Origin: Acidobacteriota bacterium
Lineage (GTDB): Bacteria; Acidobacteriota; UBA6911
Length of the DNA stretch: 64,000 bases
Assembly: GCA_963664705.1 (NCBI GenBank)
Contig: OY761556.1
Coordinates: 3,904,001-3,968,000 of the forward strand
Reading direction: 5' to 3'
The position numbers were made by a program, and so were the translations under genes. Of the stretch, positions 45,200 to 54,115 are shown piece by piece. How positions within the stretch are numbered: the first letter of the stretch is position 1; every line of letters begins with the position of its first letter. A model generated the notes under the pieces. The model was not told where the DNA came from. It worked only from the letters and a program-made list of their open reading frames with translations, and did not search any database.

Positions 45200-46597
45200 C
45201 TAGCGCCCACCCCTCATCATCATCATGCCGCCTCCGGGAGGCATACCGCCCATACGGCCATTTCCACTGGAGGATCCTTTACTGAAATCCGGGAGATAGA
45301 GTTTGCGCTGTTCAAAGGGATTCCTGAGGGCTATAAGGGCGCCATCATCCACTCCGCTCAGGATAACGGCTTCACCGTGTGAACTGAGCCCTGTCTTCAC
45401 ATTTTTCGCAATGAACTTTTCGCCCTTCTTTTCGTAAACCAGACTGTCCCGCTCCTTTTCCCTGACCGTAACCGCGCTCGAAGGAACGACAAAGCAGGAT
45501 TCGTACTTTTCGAGAACGACTTCCCCTCGCAAATTCATGCCGGGCCGGATCCGTTTAAGATCTTTCTCGGCATCCGTGATCGAAACATCGCATGTGAAAT
45601 ATCGAAGGACCGAGTTGCGCTCCAGTGCTCCCGCCACAGTTGCCACGTTGCGCAGCGTGCCGTGGTACTCTTTTTCAGGAATAGCATCCAGCTTAATGAC
45701 GACCGGCTGCCCTTTGGTAAGGCTTCCCCCGTCTCTTTCAAGAACGTAAATTCGGGCTTGGAGGATATCCAGGTTCACAAGCTCGACCAGTGCTTGTCCG
45801 GGCTGGCACTCATCTCCGATTTGCGGCTCCTGCCTGCGGTCTCTCCGGTACAAGACCAGGCCTGATTTGGGGGCTTTCAATTCCAGGGAACTCAATGTAG
45901 TTTGAAGCACCTGAACTTCCGATTGGGCCCTGTTCCGCTCGATTGAGAGAATCTGCTGATCGGACCTTGCAATGCGTTGCTGCGTTTTGGTTTTGCTCTT
46001 CAGAAATTCGATCTTTTCCTTGTCGTAATTCGCATCCGCCTGCGCAGTGATGATATCCCACTTGGAAAAAATCGACTCATCTTCGGGCATTACCGTCACG
46101 TCATAGTCGTATTGCATCTCAGCGGTCTTGCGGTCGATGCCCAGCGTCTTTTCGTCGGTCGTCTGTTTCAGCGTTTTTATGTTGGTGTTTTGCTGATTCG
46201 CCTGAAGGGTATTCTGCTGCTTCTCGAGGCTCAGCTTGGCATCCGTGCTGTCGAACCGGATAACCGTATCCCCTTCGCGCACAAACGTACCTTCTTTGAT
46301 CAGCCAGGATAATTTCAAGCTGCCTGAGGGTGTATTGGGCGTGGGAACCGGCGTGGTTTCGAGTCCGACGACTTCTCCCGTTGACGGAACCGTAAGCAAA
46401 AACGGCTGACGGCTCAATTTTGTCACAGGAATAGGATCGTCCTCGGTAGCGGCCAGAACTTTTGAAAGCTGTGTTGAGATCTTATCTCGGAACTGGAACA
46501 GGCATATTCCGGCAATTATGAGAATAATCAATCCAACAATCCGCCCAACCTTCATCATAGAACCGCGGGGCTTTTTTTCTTCTTCGTGGTATACCAT
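45200..46597 (-). CDS. Membrane fusion (periplasmic adaptor) protein 3
   Basis: TM anchor, EGTFVREGD, long coiled coil, LKAPKSGLV, RPGMN, VPSSAV; Gly/Met tail. Confidence 0.88.
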   Translation of the reverse strand: MVYHEEEKKPRGSMMKVGRIVGLIILIIAGICLFQFRDKISTQLSKVLAATEDDPIPVTKLSRQPFLLTVPSTGEVVGLETTPVPTPNTPSGSLKLSWLIKEGTFVREGDTVIRFDSTDAKLSLEKQQNTLQANQQNTNIKTLKQTTDEKTLGIDRKTAEMQYDYDVTVMPEDESIFSKWDIITAQADANYDKEKIEFLKSKTKTQQRIARSDQQILSIERNRAQSEVQVLQTTLSSLELKAPKSGLVLYRRDRRQEPQIGDECQPGQALVELVNLDILQARIYVLERDGGSLTKGQPVVIKLDAIPEKEYHGTLRNVATVAGALERNSVLRYFTCDVSITDAEKDLKRIRPGMNLRGEVVLEKYESCFVVPSSAVTVREKERDSLVYEKKGEKFIAKNVKTGLSSHGEAVILSGVDDGALIALRNPFEQRKLYLPDFSKGSSSGNGRMGGMPPGGGMMMMRGGR

Positions 46598-46615
46598 TTC
46601 GCATCACCTCAGGAC

Positions 46616-47842
46616 TTATGCTTTCGGTTTTACCCGAATTTTTTCGTCGGCGTTCAAACCGGATTCCACCACTGCCGTAAGGCCATCGTTCGTTCGCAGC
46701 TGTATTTCACGCCATTCGAAAGTCTTGGTAGGCTCTCTCCATACCTGAACAAAGGATCGGCCATCTCTTTCCTGAATGCTGGACAGGGGAATGACAACAA
46801 CCTTTGAATATTGCCCGACCTGGATTTGTGCTTTTAAATTCATTCCCGGGCGCAGCTGCTTCATATCTGCGCCTGAAAGCTGCACGTAGGCGTCACAAAT
46901 CTTCTGAGGCCGGTCAAACGATGCCTGCTTCAATATGGATCCAATGCCTACCACTTTACCTGTAAATGTTTTTCCCTGGACTGAATCCACCGTTATGTTT
47001 GCATCGTTACCGATCTTGACTTTCCCGGAGTCGATTTCATCCACGGAGACCCGTGCCCGGATGGTGGACAGATCCGGGATTTCCAGCACTGCATCCATGC
47101 CGAAAACGTTACTGCCGATTGTCTTGGCTTCGTTGTTCCAATCGCGTTTGTAAATCACCACACCGGCTACCGGGGCACGGACGGTATAGGAATCCATAGC
47201 GTCCATCAAACTGTCCATTCGATCCCGGTAGTGCCGCTCGTTGCTGCGGGAAATCTGCAAGTCGTATTGTGAGCTGTTGGTCTGGTATTTAAGCTTCTTC
47301 TCCAGCAACTCAACGTTAGTCTTGGCTGCGTCCCTTTGAATTTTGGTCTGTTCAACCTCAATGCTGCTGATCACTTCTGCCTGCGAAGCCAGCTTCATTT
47401 CCAGTTTCTGGAGGTTTGATTTGGCTTCTTCCAGGCTCAGCCTGAGGTTTTTCAGGTTAATATCGGAATTAGACCGCTTGTTCTGCCGATCTTCCTGTAC
47501 ACGCTGGAAATTTGCGGTTTCATCGCGAAGGCTCCGGGCGATATCCGAAGTATCGAAATCCATCAGGAAATCTCCTTCGGCCACCGAAGTCCCTTCCTCC
47601 ACCATGCGGGTCAGCTTAAACCGCCGCTGGTTTCGAACCTGGGGTGGAGTGATGCTGACGCTGCGTTCGGCCACTAGTGTCCCGGTCGCACTGATGATCA
47701 GAGGAAAATTGACGCGCTGCGCCGTGATCAGATCCTTGTCGCTGATGTTTGCGGAAACATTCGTTGATTTGGCCATCCAATACACGCCGGCGGCGATGAG
47801 CAGTACCAGTACTATAACCGTAATCCATTTCTGCTTTGTCAT
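46616..47842 (-). CDS. Membrane fusion (periplasmic adaptor) protein 2
   Basis: EGTSVAEGD, VRAPVAGVV, VDEID, LRPGMN, IPLSSI. Confidence 0.88.
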   Translation of the reverse strand: MTKQKWITVIVLVLLIAAGVYWMAKSTNVSANISDKDLITAQRVNFPLIISATGTLVAERSVSITPPQVRNQRRFKLTRMVEEGTSVAEGDFLMDFDTSDIARSLRDETANFQRVQEDRQNKRSNSDINLKNLRLSLEEAKSNLQKLEMKLASQAEVISSIEVEQTKIQRDAAKTNVELLEKKLKYQTNSSQYDLQISRSNERHYRDRMDSLMDAMDSYTVRAPVAGVVIYKRDWNNEAKTIGSNVFGMDAVLEIPDLSTIRARVSVDEIDSGKVKIGNDANITVDSVQGKTFTGKVVGIGSILKQASFDRPQKICDAYVQLSGADMKQLRPGMNLKAQIQVGQYSKVVVIPLSSIQERDGRSFVQVWREPTKTFEWREIQLRTNDGLTAVVESGLNADEKIRVKPKA

Positions 47843-47854
47843 ATATCCTCCCCG

Positions 47855-49147
47855 CTATCTTTGTACTGGAAGCAGTGATTCGCCTGCCGATACGCCGGAG
47901 ACAACTTGAATAAAGCGATCACCAACAGCTCCGAGCTGAACGAACTGCTGGGCTGCGGTTTTCGGTTCCGTTCCCTTTATAACGTAACTGCGACCCTGGG
48001 TGTCGTATCCAAGGTATTCGCGCGGGATAGCAGGCGTACCTTTTGCCAAAATCAACGGGACTCTGACACGCGCCGTCATTCCCGGCTTCAACTGCTGAAC
48101 ATCAAGCTTGTCCGGCTGAATTACAGCCTGGAAGACCTTCTTTGAAGAGGCGAAGTTCTTTCGGGATGCAACGCTGGTCAACGAAACAACTCTTCCTCCG
48201 ATTTCAACGCCCGGCACCGCATCAAAGCTGATCAGGCAGCGCATATCGGTGAGCAGGGCACCGTATTCCGTGTCATAGACATATCCGACAACCTGCATGC
48301 TCTCGAGATCGGGCAGACTGGCTACTTCCATACCATGGAAAAGCGTGTCGCCGGGCTGGACTTTCCGGTTGTTCTGCCAGTTGTCGCCGTAGATCAGAAT
48401 ACCGTCCTGCGGAGCATCGATTTTTAAGAGGGTCATATCGCTGTTGATCTTCTTTAAATTGATTTCCGCCTGAGACCGGTTGATTTCAACCAGAGACAGT
48501 TGCGATGCGTAGCTTTTTTCGAAGTTATCAAGGCTTTCTTTCGCCTTATCCAGAGCCAACTTCGACTTTTGGAGATTGAGCTGGTACTTCTGATATGTAT
48601 TGCCGGGAAGAAGATCTTTGCTGATCTTTCCATAGAGCTCATCCTGCTTCACCTGCGCTTGCGCCTGAGAAACCGAATTCAGCAGGTCGCAACGCTGGGC
48701 CTCAAGATCGGATTTGGTCTTCTCGATGTTCAGTTGGGCCTCATCAAGGCTCCGTTCGGCTTCCGACTTATTGCTCATCAGGGAGGAATCATCAAATTCG
48801 ACAATCCGATCTCCCTTTTTGATTTGGGATCCCTCGGGGGCAAGGAAGGTCACCATATTGGAAAAACTGCTCCGGATATCCGGTGCGGCAATAGACGTCG
48901 AGCGTGCTGCACGCAATTCACCGGTCAGAATGACTTCCTTCTGAATTGATTCCGTTCCGACTTTATACGCGGCGATTTTATTCACGGGCGCTGCGTCTGA
49001 AACGGGGGGACGATCACTGGCTTTGCCAGTGCTGATACCGGGCCCCTGTGCCGAGGCAGGCTGAAGCTGAATCCCGGCTGCAACGAAAACAAACAGGATG
49101 AGCGCAGCCGCAAAAATCGTGAAGGTGTTATTTTTTTTCTTTGCCAT
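47855..49147 (-). CDS. Membrane fusion (periplasmic adaptor) protein 1
   Basis: EGSQIKKGD, IDAPQDGIL, LKPGMTA. Confidence 0.88.
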   Translation of the reverse strand: MAKKKNNTFTIFAAALILFVFVAAGIQLQPASAQGPGISTGKASDRPPVSDAAPVNKIAAYKVGTESIQKEVILTGELRAARSTSIAAPDIRSSFSNMVTFLAPEGSQIKKGDRIVEFDDSSLMSNKSEAERSLDEAQLNIEKTKSDLEAQRCDLLNSVSQAQAQVKQDELYGKISKDLLPGNTYQKYQLNLQKSKLALDKAKESLDNFEKSYASQLSLVEINRSQAEINLKKINSDMTLLKIDAPQDGILIYGDNWQNNRKVQPGDTLFHGMEVASLPDLESMQVVGYVYDTEYGALLTDMRCLISFDAVPGVEIGGRVVSLTSVASRKNFASSKKVFQAVIQPDKLDVQQLKPGMTARVRVPLILAKGTPAIPREYLGYDTQGRSYVIKGTEPKTAAQQFVQLGAVGDRFIQVVSGVSAGESLLPVQR

Positions 49148-49177
49148 AGTGCCAGATCTCGCGTTTCAGTTAGTGAA

Positions 49178-50350
49178 TCAAAACTGCCCTCTGGAAAATT
49201 GGGTTGGGGGCGCTTTGAGGGTCTTTACCCATGAAGACCAATTCTCTTCTATCTTCGAGAAATCTTTTCCCAACACGTCGTCCCGAGTGACAAACTCGCG
49301 GCTTTCTTTGCCATCCACAGCCTGCTTGACCAGTTCTCGAACCTTATCAATACCCGCTTTTTCAACGAGAAAGGCAAACAACGTGCTCGCTTGTCCGTCA
49401 AATAGCATTCGATCTTGTTCATCTTTGGGCAGATTTCTTTGGCCGCCGTTGCGGGAACCGCCGTTTCCGCCAAAATTGCCTCCGCCACCAAAGTTGCCGC
49501 CTCCGAAGTTGCCATTGCCCATCCCGCGGCCATTAAACCCGCCTTGAGGCATTCCCTGAGGCATCCCCTGAGGCATCCCTTGAGGCATCCCGCCCCCCTG
49601 TTGTCCACCCTGTCCGCCGCTCATTCCACCGCGACCGCCTGACCCGTTCTGGTCCGAGGAAGATGCGACAAATGGACGAGACATGGCGACGACGTCCTCC
49701 ATGGGAAACGTCTGGTCAAGGTGCTGCTGGAGGTATGTAATATTAAGAGGAGCGCCGCTGGCGTAAGATGCAATCCCTATATCAAGCCAGTCAGGCAGCG
49801 GACTTTTGCCCATGTCATCCAGACGCGAGGACCGGAATTTCAAATCTTTATCCAGCATAGTCTGTAAAACGGCATAAGCAATCTGCTGCGTAACATTTGT
49901 TACCGACTGCTTCTCTGCTTCCGCAAGCATTTCCGGAGGGCGGTTTTTAATGCGGGCAAGAATTTCTGCGGGGATAGCTCCCCCCATTTGGGATTTCATG
50001 CGCGCCATATTTTCCTGAATCCGCACATCCGGTGTCGTAGCGATCAAAGTCCAGCTATAGCCCTTTTTCAGAATCATGGGCTCATAGAGCGAATCTTTCT
50101 GTTCGAGAGTCGAACAGATAAAGATCGCACCTTTCGGCAACTCCGTTCCAAACAGGCTTTTCAGGCGGGCAATTGCCTCAGAAGCCGGTTTTTCATACGG
50201 AGCGATCGTCTGGCGGTTTGAAGCGTAAAAATCAATCCCTGTCACTACTTTGAAGGATACAAATCTTTTAAATGTGACAGTTTGAGCCTGAACGGAACTA
50301 ATTCCGAGCGTTGCGAAGAAAAACAAAGCGGTAATGATAGGTCGAATCAT
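49178..50350 (-). CDS. Secreted protein with a degenerate peptidase-MA-like fold and a Gly/Gln-rich insert
   Basis: Signal peptide (VQA-Q); LPDWLDIGIASY; (GMPQ)4 and GGNFG repeats; QASTLFAFLVEKAG...IEENW. Confidence 0.7.
   Translation of the reverse strand: MIRPIITALFFFATLGISSVQAQTVTFKRFVSFKVVTGIDFYASNRQTIAPYEKPASEAIARLKSLFGTELPKGAIFICSTLEQKDSLYEPMILKKGYSWTLIATTPDVRIQENMARMKSQMGGAIPAEILARIKNRPPEMLAEAEKQSVTNVTQQIAYAVLQTMLDKDLKFRSSRLDDMGKSPLPDWLDIGIASYASGAPLNITYLQQHLDQTFPMEDVVAMSRPFVASSSDQNGSGGRGGMSGGQGGQQGGGMPQGMPQGMPQGMPQGGFNGRGMGNGNFGGGNFGGGGNFGGNGGSRNGGQRNLPKDEQDRMLFDGQASTLFAFLVEKAGIDKVRELVKQAVDGKESREFVTRDDVLGKDFSKIEENWSSWVKTLKAPPTQFSRGQF
49544..49591. repeat. 12-bp coding tandem repeat x4 (GMPQ)
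   Basis: (Y)TGAGGCAT(Y)CC four times. Confidence 0.9.
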
Positions 50351-50529
50351 AGCGGGTTACCCTATCTCCTGTGGACAATTCCCTGCTCCTGCAACCCAGA
50401 TACCTCCACGATATCTCAGGCGACATACAAGGGATTACTGCAAAACCCGTTTCGCTGATTAATTACGTCGGAGTAATACCGGTTGTTACAATCAAGTACA
50501 CTGCGCTGAGCAATTGCAGTCGCATCATC

Positions 50530-50547
50530 ATGGCAAAGGTTTGCCAT
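50530..50547. promoter_or_regulatory. Perfect palindrome, candidate operator
   Basis: ATGGCAAA-GG-TTTGCCAT, about 180 bp upstream of the export operon. Confidence 0.4.
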
Positions 50548-50649
50548 TTGTGCTACGGAATTCGTCCATCTATCGGTAAACTACCCTGTTCCCGAACGCA
50601 ATCCCGCTTGAAAGCCAATATTTGCAGGTTTTGGGGATTTTGGGAAAGG

Positions 50650-50725
50650 TGGAGGCGCCGAGCGGATTCGAACCGCTGCATCGAGGTTTTGCAGACCTCT
50701 CCCTTAGCCACTTGGGTACGGCGCC
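50650..50725 (-). tRNA. tRNA-Cys(GCA)
   Basis: Reverse complement folds as a cloverleaf: GGCGCCG/CGGCGCC acceptor stem, GAGGT-CTGCAAA-ACCTC anticodon arm, TTCGAAT T-loop, U73, encoded CCA. Confidence 0.97.
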
Positions 50726-50891
50726 ACTGCGCAACTTCTGCGTGAGCGGTTTCTATTGTATTGGATGGGACGAAAAGGTGCAAGCGTCCCGCTCAAGAGA
50801 ACCCTCGCGCAAAAGCAGTCGCCAGGACTGATCCTGTTTCAGGTTTATTGCATCCTGTATCCTGTATCTGAATCTTGGAAACGAGGCATCT

Positions 50892-51779
50892 ATGAATAAG
50901 AAGACGGTTTCGACAGTTTGGATCCTCCTTTGGATACTCTCCGGCATGTGCGCGTTGGGCAAGGAAAAGGACAAGCCACTATGGAAAGATGCCTCGGTCG
51001 AGGTCGGCGATATAAAAATGCATTACCTGGACACGGGAACTGGAGACCGGGTGTTGGTATTGATTCCAGGCTGGACAATGACAACCGATATATGGAAGGA
51101 ACAGATCCCCTATTTTTCGACCAGAGGCTTCCGTGTCATCGCTTTGGATCCGCGCAGCCAGGGACTGACCACCAAGACAGAATCGGGAAACACCTATCAG
51201 CAGCACGCGGCCGATCTGCATGCGTTTCTTCAAGCGCTAAAGATTGAGCACTCCTACCTTGTCGCCGCAGGCTCTGGAGTCCTGACGCTCCTCGATTACA
51301 TATCCAGCCCGGAATCGCTGAAGCCAGAAAAAATGGTTTTTGTTGAAGGCAGCCCGGCCCTATTAAAAATGGACGATTTCCCCGGCACCATGACCTTGCA
51401 GCAGGCCCGGCGGCTTGTGCTGGGCCTGGAGGATGACCGAGCCAAGGGAACCGAACAATACGTTCGATCCATGTTCAAACAACGCCCGCCGGAAATCCTG
51501 GTGAGCGAAACCATCAAGTCGAGCATGAAAACGCCTCTGTCCGCGGCGCTGTCTCTCTTTTTTGATTATGTAACCGGAGACCGGAGACCCGCGCTCCTGC
51601 ATGTTCCCGTTCCAAGCCTGATTATCACTTCGCCGGAGAATCGCGCGGTTGGGGAATATATGAAGGGGAAAATACCGAAATCCAGTCTTGAAGTAGTCGA
51701 GGGAACGGGGTCAGCCATTTATCTTGATAAGTCTCAGGCTTTCAACCAGATCCTGGAAGATTTCCTCGGAGAACACTAA
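50892..51779 (+). CDS. Secreted alpha/beta-hydrolase-fold protein, apparently catalytically inactive
   Basis: LIPGW, ALDPRSQG, AADL, VPSLII, FNQILEDFL; nucleophile elbow reads AAGSG and the His motif reads GTGSA. Confidence 0.85.
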   Translation: MNKKTVSTVWILLWILSGMCALGKEKDKPLWKDASVEVGDIKMHYLDTGTGDRVLVLIPGWTMTTDIWKEQIPYFSTRGFRVIALDPRSQGLTTKTESGNTYQQHAADLHAFLQALKIEHSYLVAAGSGVLTLLDYISSPESLKPEKMVFVEGSPALLKMDDFPGTMTLQQARRLVLGLEDDRAKGTEQYVRSMFKQRPPEILVSETIKSSMKTPLSAALSLFFDYVTGDRRPALLHVPVPSLIITSPENRAVGEYMKGKIPKSSLEVVEGTGSAIYLDKSQAFNQILEDFLGEH

Positions 51780-51842
51780 TCCCTGCCGGAGGCGATGCGT
51801 CTTGGCGGCCGAAGCTTCAGCAAAAGCCGGCGTTCCCTGGAA

Positions 51843-52598
51843 TCAGAGCATTTCCGGAACGGCACTTGTCCTGCGCTTTACCGTCCCTTTTGCGGTCAGA
51901 TAGAAAGGCAATGCAATCGCCTCCTCTACCTTCTTCCGGTATCCCTTGACCGGCCATTCCCGTTCATAAAAATGATCCAGGATTCGTCCGCGCACCCTTG
52001 GCCTCGATTCGGCTTCAAGGAATGTCTGCAGGAGTTTCTCTCGGGCGGTTTCATCCCCGTTGCGGGCCAGATAATCAATGGCTGCAATGCAAACATCATC
52101 GTCATCGTCTTCTATGAAGCGGAAAACAGTGTCGACAATTGAAGGGAAGGCATCGTCGGGCAGGTTGGCAATCAGAACTGCCTTCGCCTCCGGCCATCGC
52201 GTATAGCCGGCTGATAGCTCGGTCAGCACATCCACAAGATTTTGGACAAATGCTTCTGAAGGCAGTATCTGCTTCAGGGCCTTCACAGGGAAGGTGACAT
52301 CCGGCTCCACCTTCAGAAACGTAAGAATCGGATCTACCGCGGTACTCCCCATTTCCGCCAGCAGCTTCACGGCATACTGCTTTTCGTCCAGATCCATGCT
52401 TGCCTGAGGAGTCTGAATCGTGAACCGACGAAGCAGTGCCGCTGCCGCTTCCGGAGTACGCCAGGAGGCCAGCCGTTCCATAGCCCCCACTCGTGTAGCC
52501 GCCTCTCCATGGGTCTGTATTACTTGTTTGAGAGCTCGCTGGATCTGCCTTTCGGAAGGTCCGGAATCTGATGAAAACAGTTTGTCAAATAAACCCAT
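51843..52598 (-). CDS. HEAT-repeat protein
   Basis: MGLFDKLF N-terminus, RVGAMERLA, DDDDDVCIAAIDYLA helical repeats. Confidence 0.75.
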   Translation of the reverse strand: MGLFDKLFSSDSGPSERQIQRALKQVIQTHGEAATRVGAMERLASWRTPEAAAALLRRFTIQTPQASMDLDEKQYAVKLLAEMGSTAVDPILTFLKVEPDVTFPVKALKQILPSEAFVQNLVDVLTELSAGYTRWPEAKAVLIANLPDDAFPSIVDTVFRFIEDDDDDVCIAAIDYLARNGDETAREKLLQTFLEAESRPRVRGRILDHFYEREWPVKGYRKKVEEAIALPFYLTAKGTVKRRTSAVPEML

Positions 52599-52716
52599 AA
52601 CCCGCCTGTAGTCTCCCCGAATGGGATGGTCGCGCCCGCTGCAACATCAACCGTACAAAACATATTTTACATCAAGTTCCTGCTATAGGGACGCAAATGC
52701 CTTATAATATGTCGCT

Positions 52717-52989
52717 ATGGAAGAACGCGATCTATATAACGAAAAAGACGAAACGGTACCTGCCACAATCTATTGCCCGAAATGCCGGCAGTCGATGGAA
52801 TATCCCATTCGATGGCGTCGGAGAACAAAAAAGTCACATCTTCCTCCAGGAGCGGATGAACGGGACCGGGCGAAATTTGCCAAGGCTCGCGACTACAGAA
52901 TCCGCCTTGACGACAAGCTTCGCTGCAAAAACCCCCGGTGCGGCAAGACAATCGAGATTACGAGTCTTCAAACGGTTGTCTTCGACTAG
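52717..52989 (+). CDS. Small zinc-ribbon-like protein
   Basis: CPKC ... CKNPRC with a basic insert. Confidence 0.8.
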   Translation: MEERDLYNEKDETVPATIYCPKCRQSMEYPIRWRRRTKKSHLPPGADERDRAKFAKARDYRIRLDDKLRCKNPRCGKTIEITSLQTVVFD

Positions 52990-54026
52990 GTTCTTTTCGC
53001 AGCGGAACGCTCGTGCACAAAATCCGTCAGCGCCTTAACCGAGTCTTCGGGCGTTGACGGAAGAATTCCGTGTCCCAGGTTAAAGATATGCCCGGGTTTT
53101 CCGCCTGCCTCTTCCAGGATTTCGGCTGCTTTCCGAATAAGCACATCCTTGGGAGCCGAGAGAAGCAAAACCGGATCCAGGTTCCCCTGAATGCCACGAC
53201 CGGAACCAATGCTTTGCCATGCAGCCCCTAATCCAATGCGCCAATCGGCTCCTATGACATCACCACCGGCTTCAGCCATCAATGCCAGCAACCCTGCGGT
53301 TCCTGTGCCGAAATGAATGGACGGAATACGGGCCTGCTCTAGGGCCTGAAAAATCTTCCGCGTATACGGCAATACAAAAGCCCTGTAATCAGAAGGGCTC
53401 AGGCAACCCACCCACGAGTCAAAAAGTTGAACAACCTGCGCCCCGGCCGAAACCTGCGCTTTCAGAAAGGCGATGAGGCTCTCACAAAGCTTATCCATCA
53501 GGAGATCCCAGGATGGACGATCGTGATACATCATCCGTTTCGTTAGAAGGTAATTGGACGATGCGCCCCCCTCAATCGCATAGCTTGCAAGAGTAAACGG
53601 AGCTCCGGCAAATCCTATCAGCGGAACCCTGCCATTCAGTTCAGAAGAAACCATCTCAAGGCTCTTCAATACATAACCCAGGTCGCGCTGCGGATCGCAG
53701 ATCCTGAGGTTGCGCACATCCTCCGGACTCCGCAATGGATTCTCGAACACGGGGCCGGGAGCAAAGTCAAAACGTATCCCCATTCCTTCCAGCGGAAGCA
53801 GGATGTCTGCAAAAATGATGGCGGCATCCACCTCAAAAGCCTTCACCGGCTGCAGCGTAACCTCCGCCGCAATCTCCGGAGTCTTAAACATTTCAATAAG
53901 GCTATGCTTTTCACGAAGATCCCGATAAGACTTCATATATCTCCCAGCCTGGCGCATAAACCAGACCGGAGTGCAATCCGTGCTTTCGACACGACACGCT
54001 TTCAGAAATCTTTCATTTCGACTCAT
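52986..54026 (-). CDS. hemE: Uroporphyrinogen decarboxylase
   Basis: PVWFMRQAGRY, FADIL, GFAGAPFTLASY, QLFDSW, QGNLDP, FNLGHG; start set at MSRNERF. Confidence 0.96.
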   Translation of the reverse strand: MSRNERFLKACRVESTDCTPVWFMRQAGRYMKSYRDLREKHSLIEMFKTPEIAAEVTLQPVKAFEVDAAIIFADILLPLEGMGIRFDFAPGPVFENPLRSPEDVRNLRICDPQRDLGYVLKSLEMVSSELNGRVPLIGFAGAPFTLASYAIEGGASSNYLLTKRMMYHDRPSWDLLMDKLCESLIAFLKAQVSAGAQVVQLFDSWVGCLSPSDYRAFVLPYTRKIFQALEQARIPSIHFGTGTAGLLALMAEAGGDVIGADWRIGLGAAWQSIGSGRGIQGNLDPVLLLSAPKDVLIRKAAEILEEAGGKPGHIFNLGHGILPSTPEDSVKALTDFVHERSAAKRT

Positions 54027-54062
54027 AAGATTCTCTCGCTGGGCCCATGAATCCGATTCATT

Positions 54063-54097
54063 GCGAGATTCGCGGCAAAAGCCGGCACGAATTTCGC
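54063..54097. repeat. Palindromic REP-like element, copy C
   Basis: GCGAGATTCGCGGCAAAA...GCACGAATTTCGC. Confidence 0.45.
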
Positions 54098-54115
54098 CCT
54101 CTACGTGCATGTAAA

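Noticed and set aside
50531-50545. Sigma54 promoter TGGCA...TTGC
   Set aside because: The GG-to-GC spacing is 9 nt rather than the required 10.
50371-50831. ORFs overlapping 50650-50725
   Set aside because: They are spurious frames across the tRNA-Cys gene.
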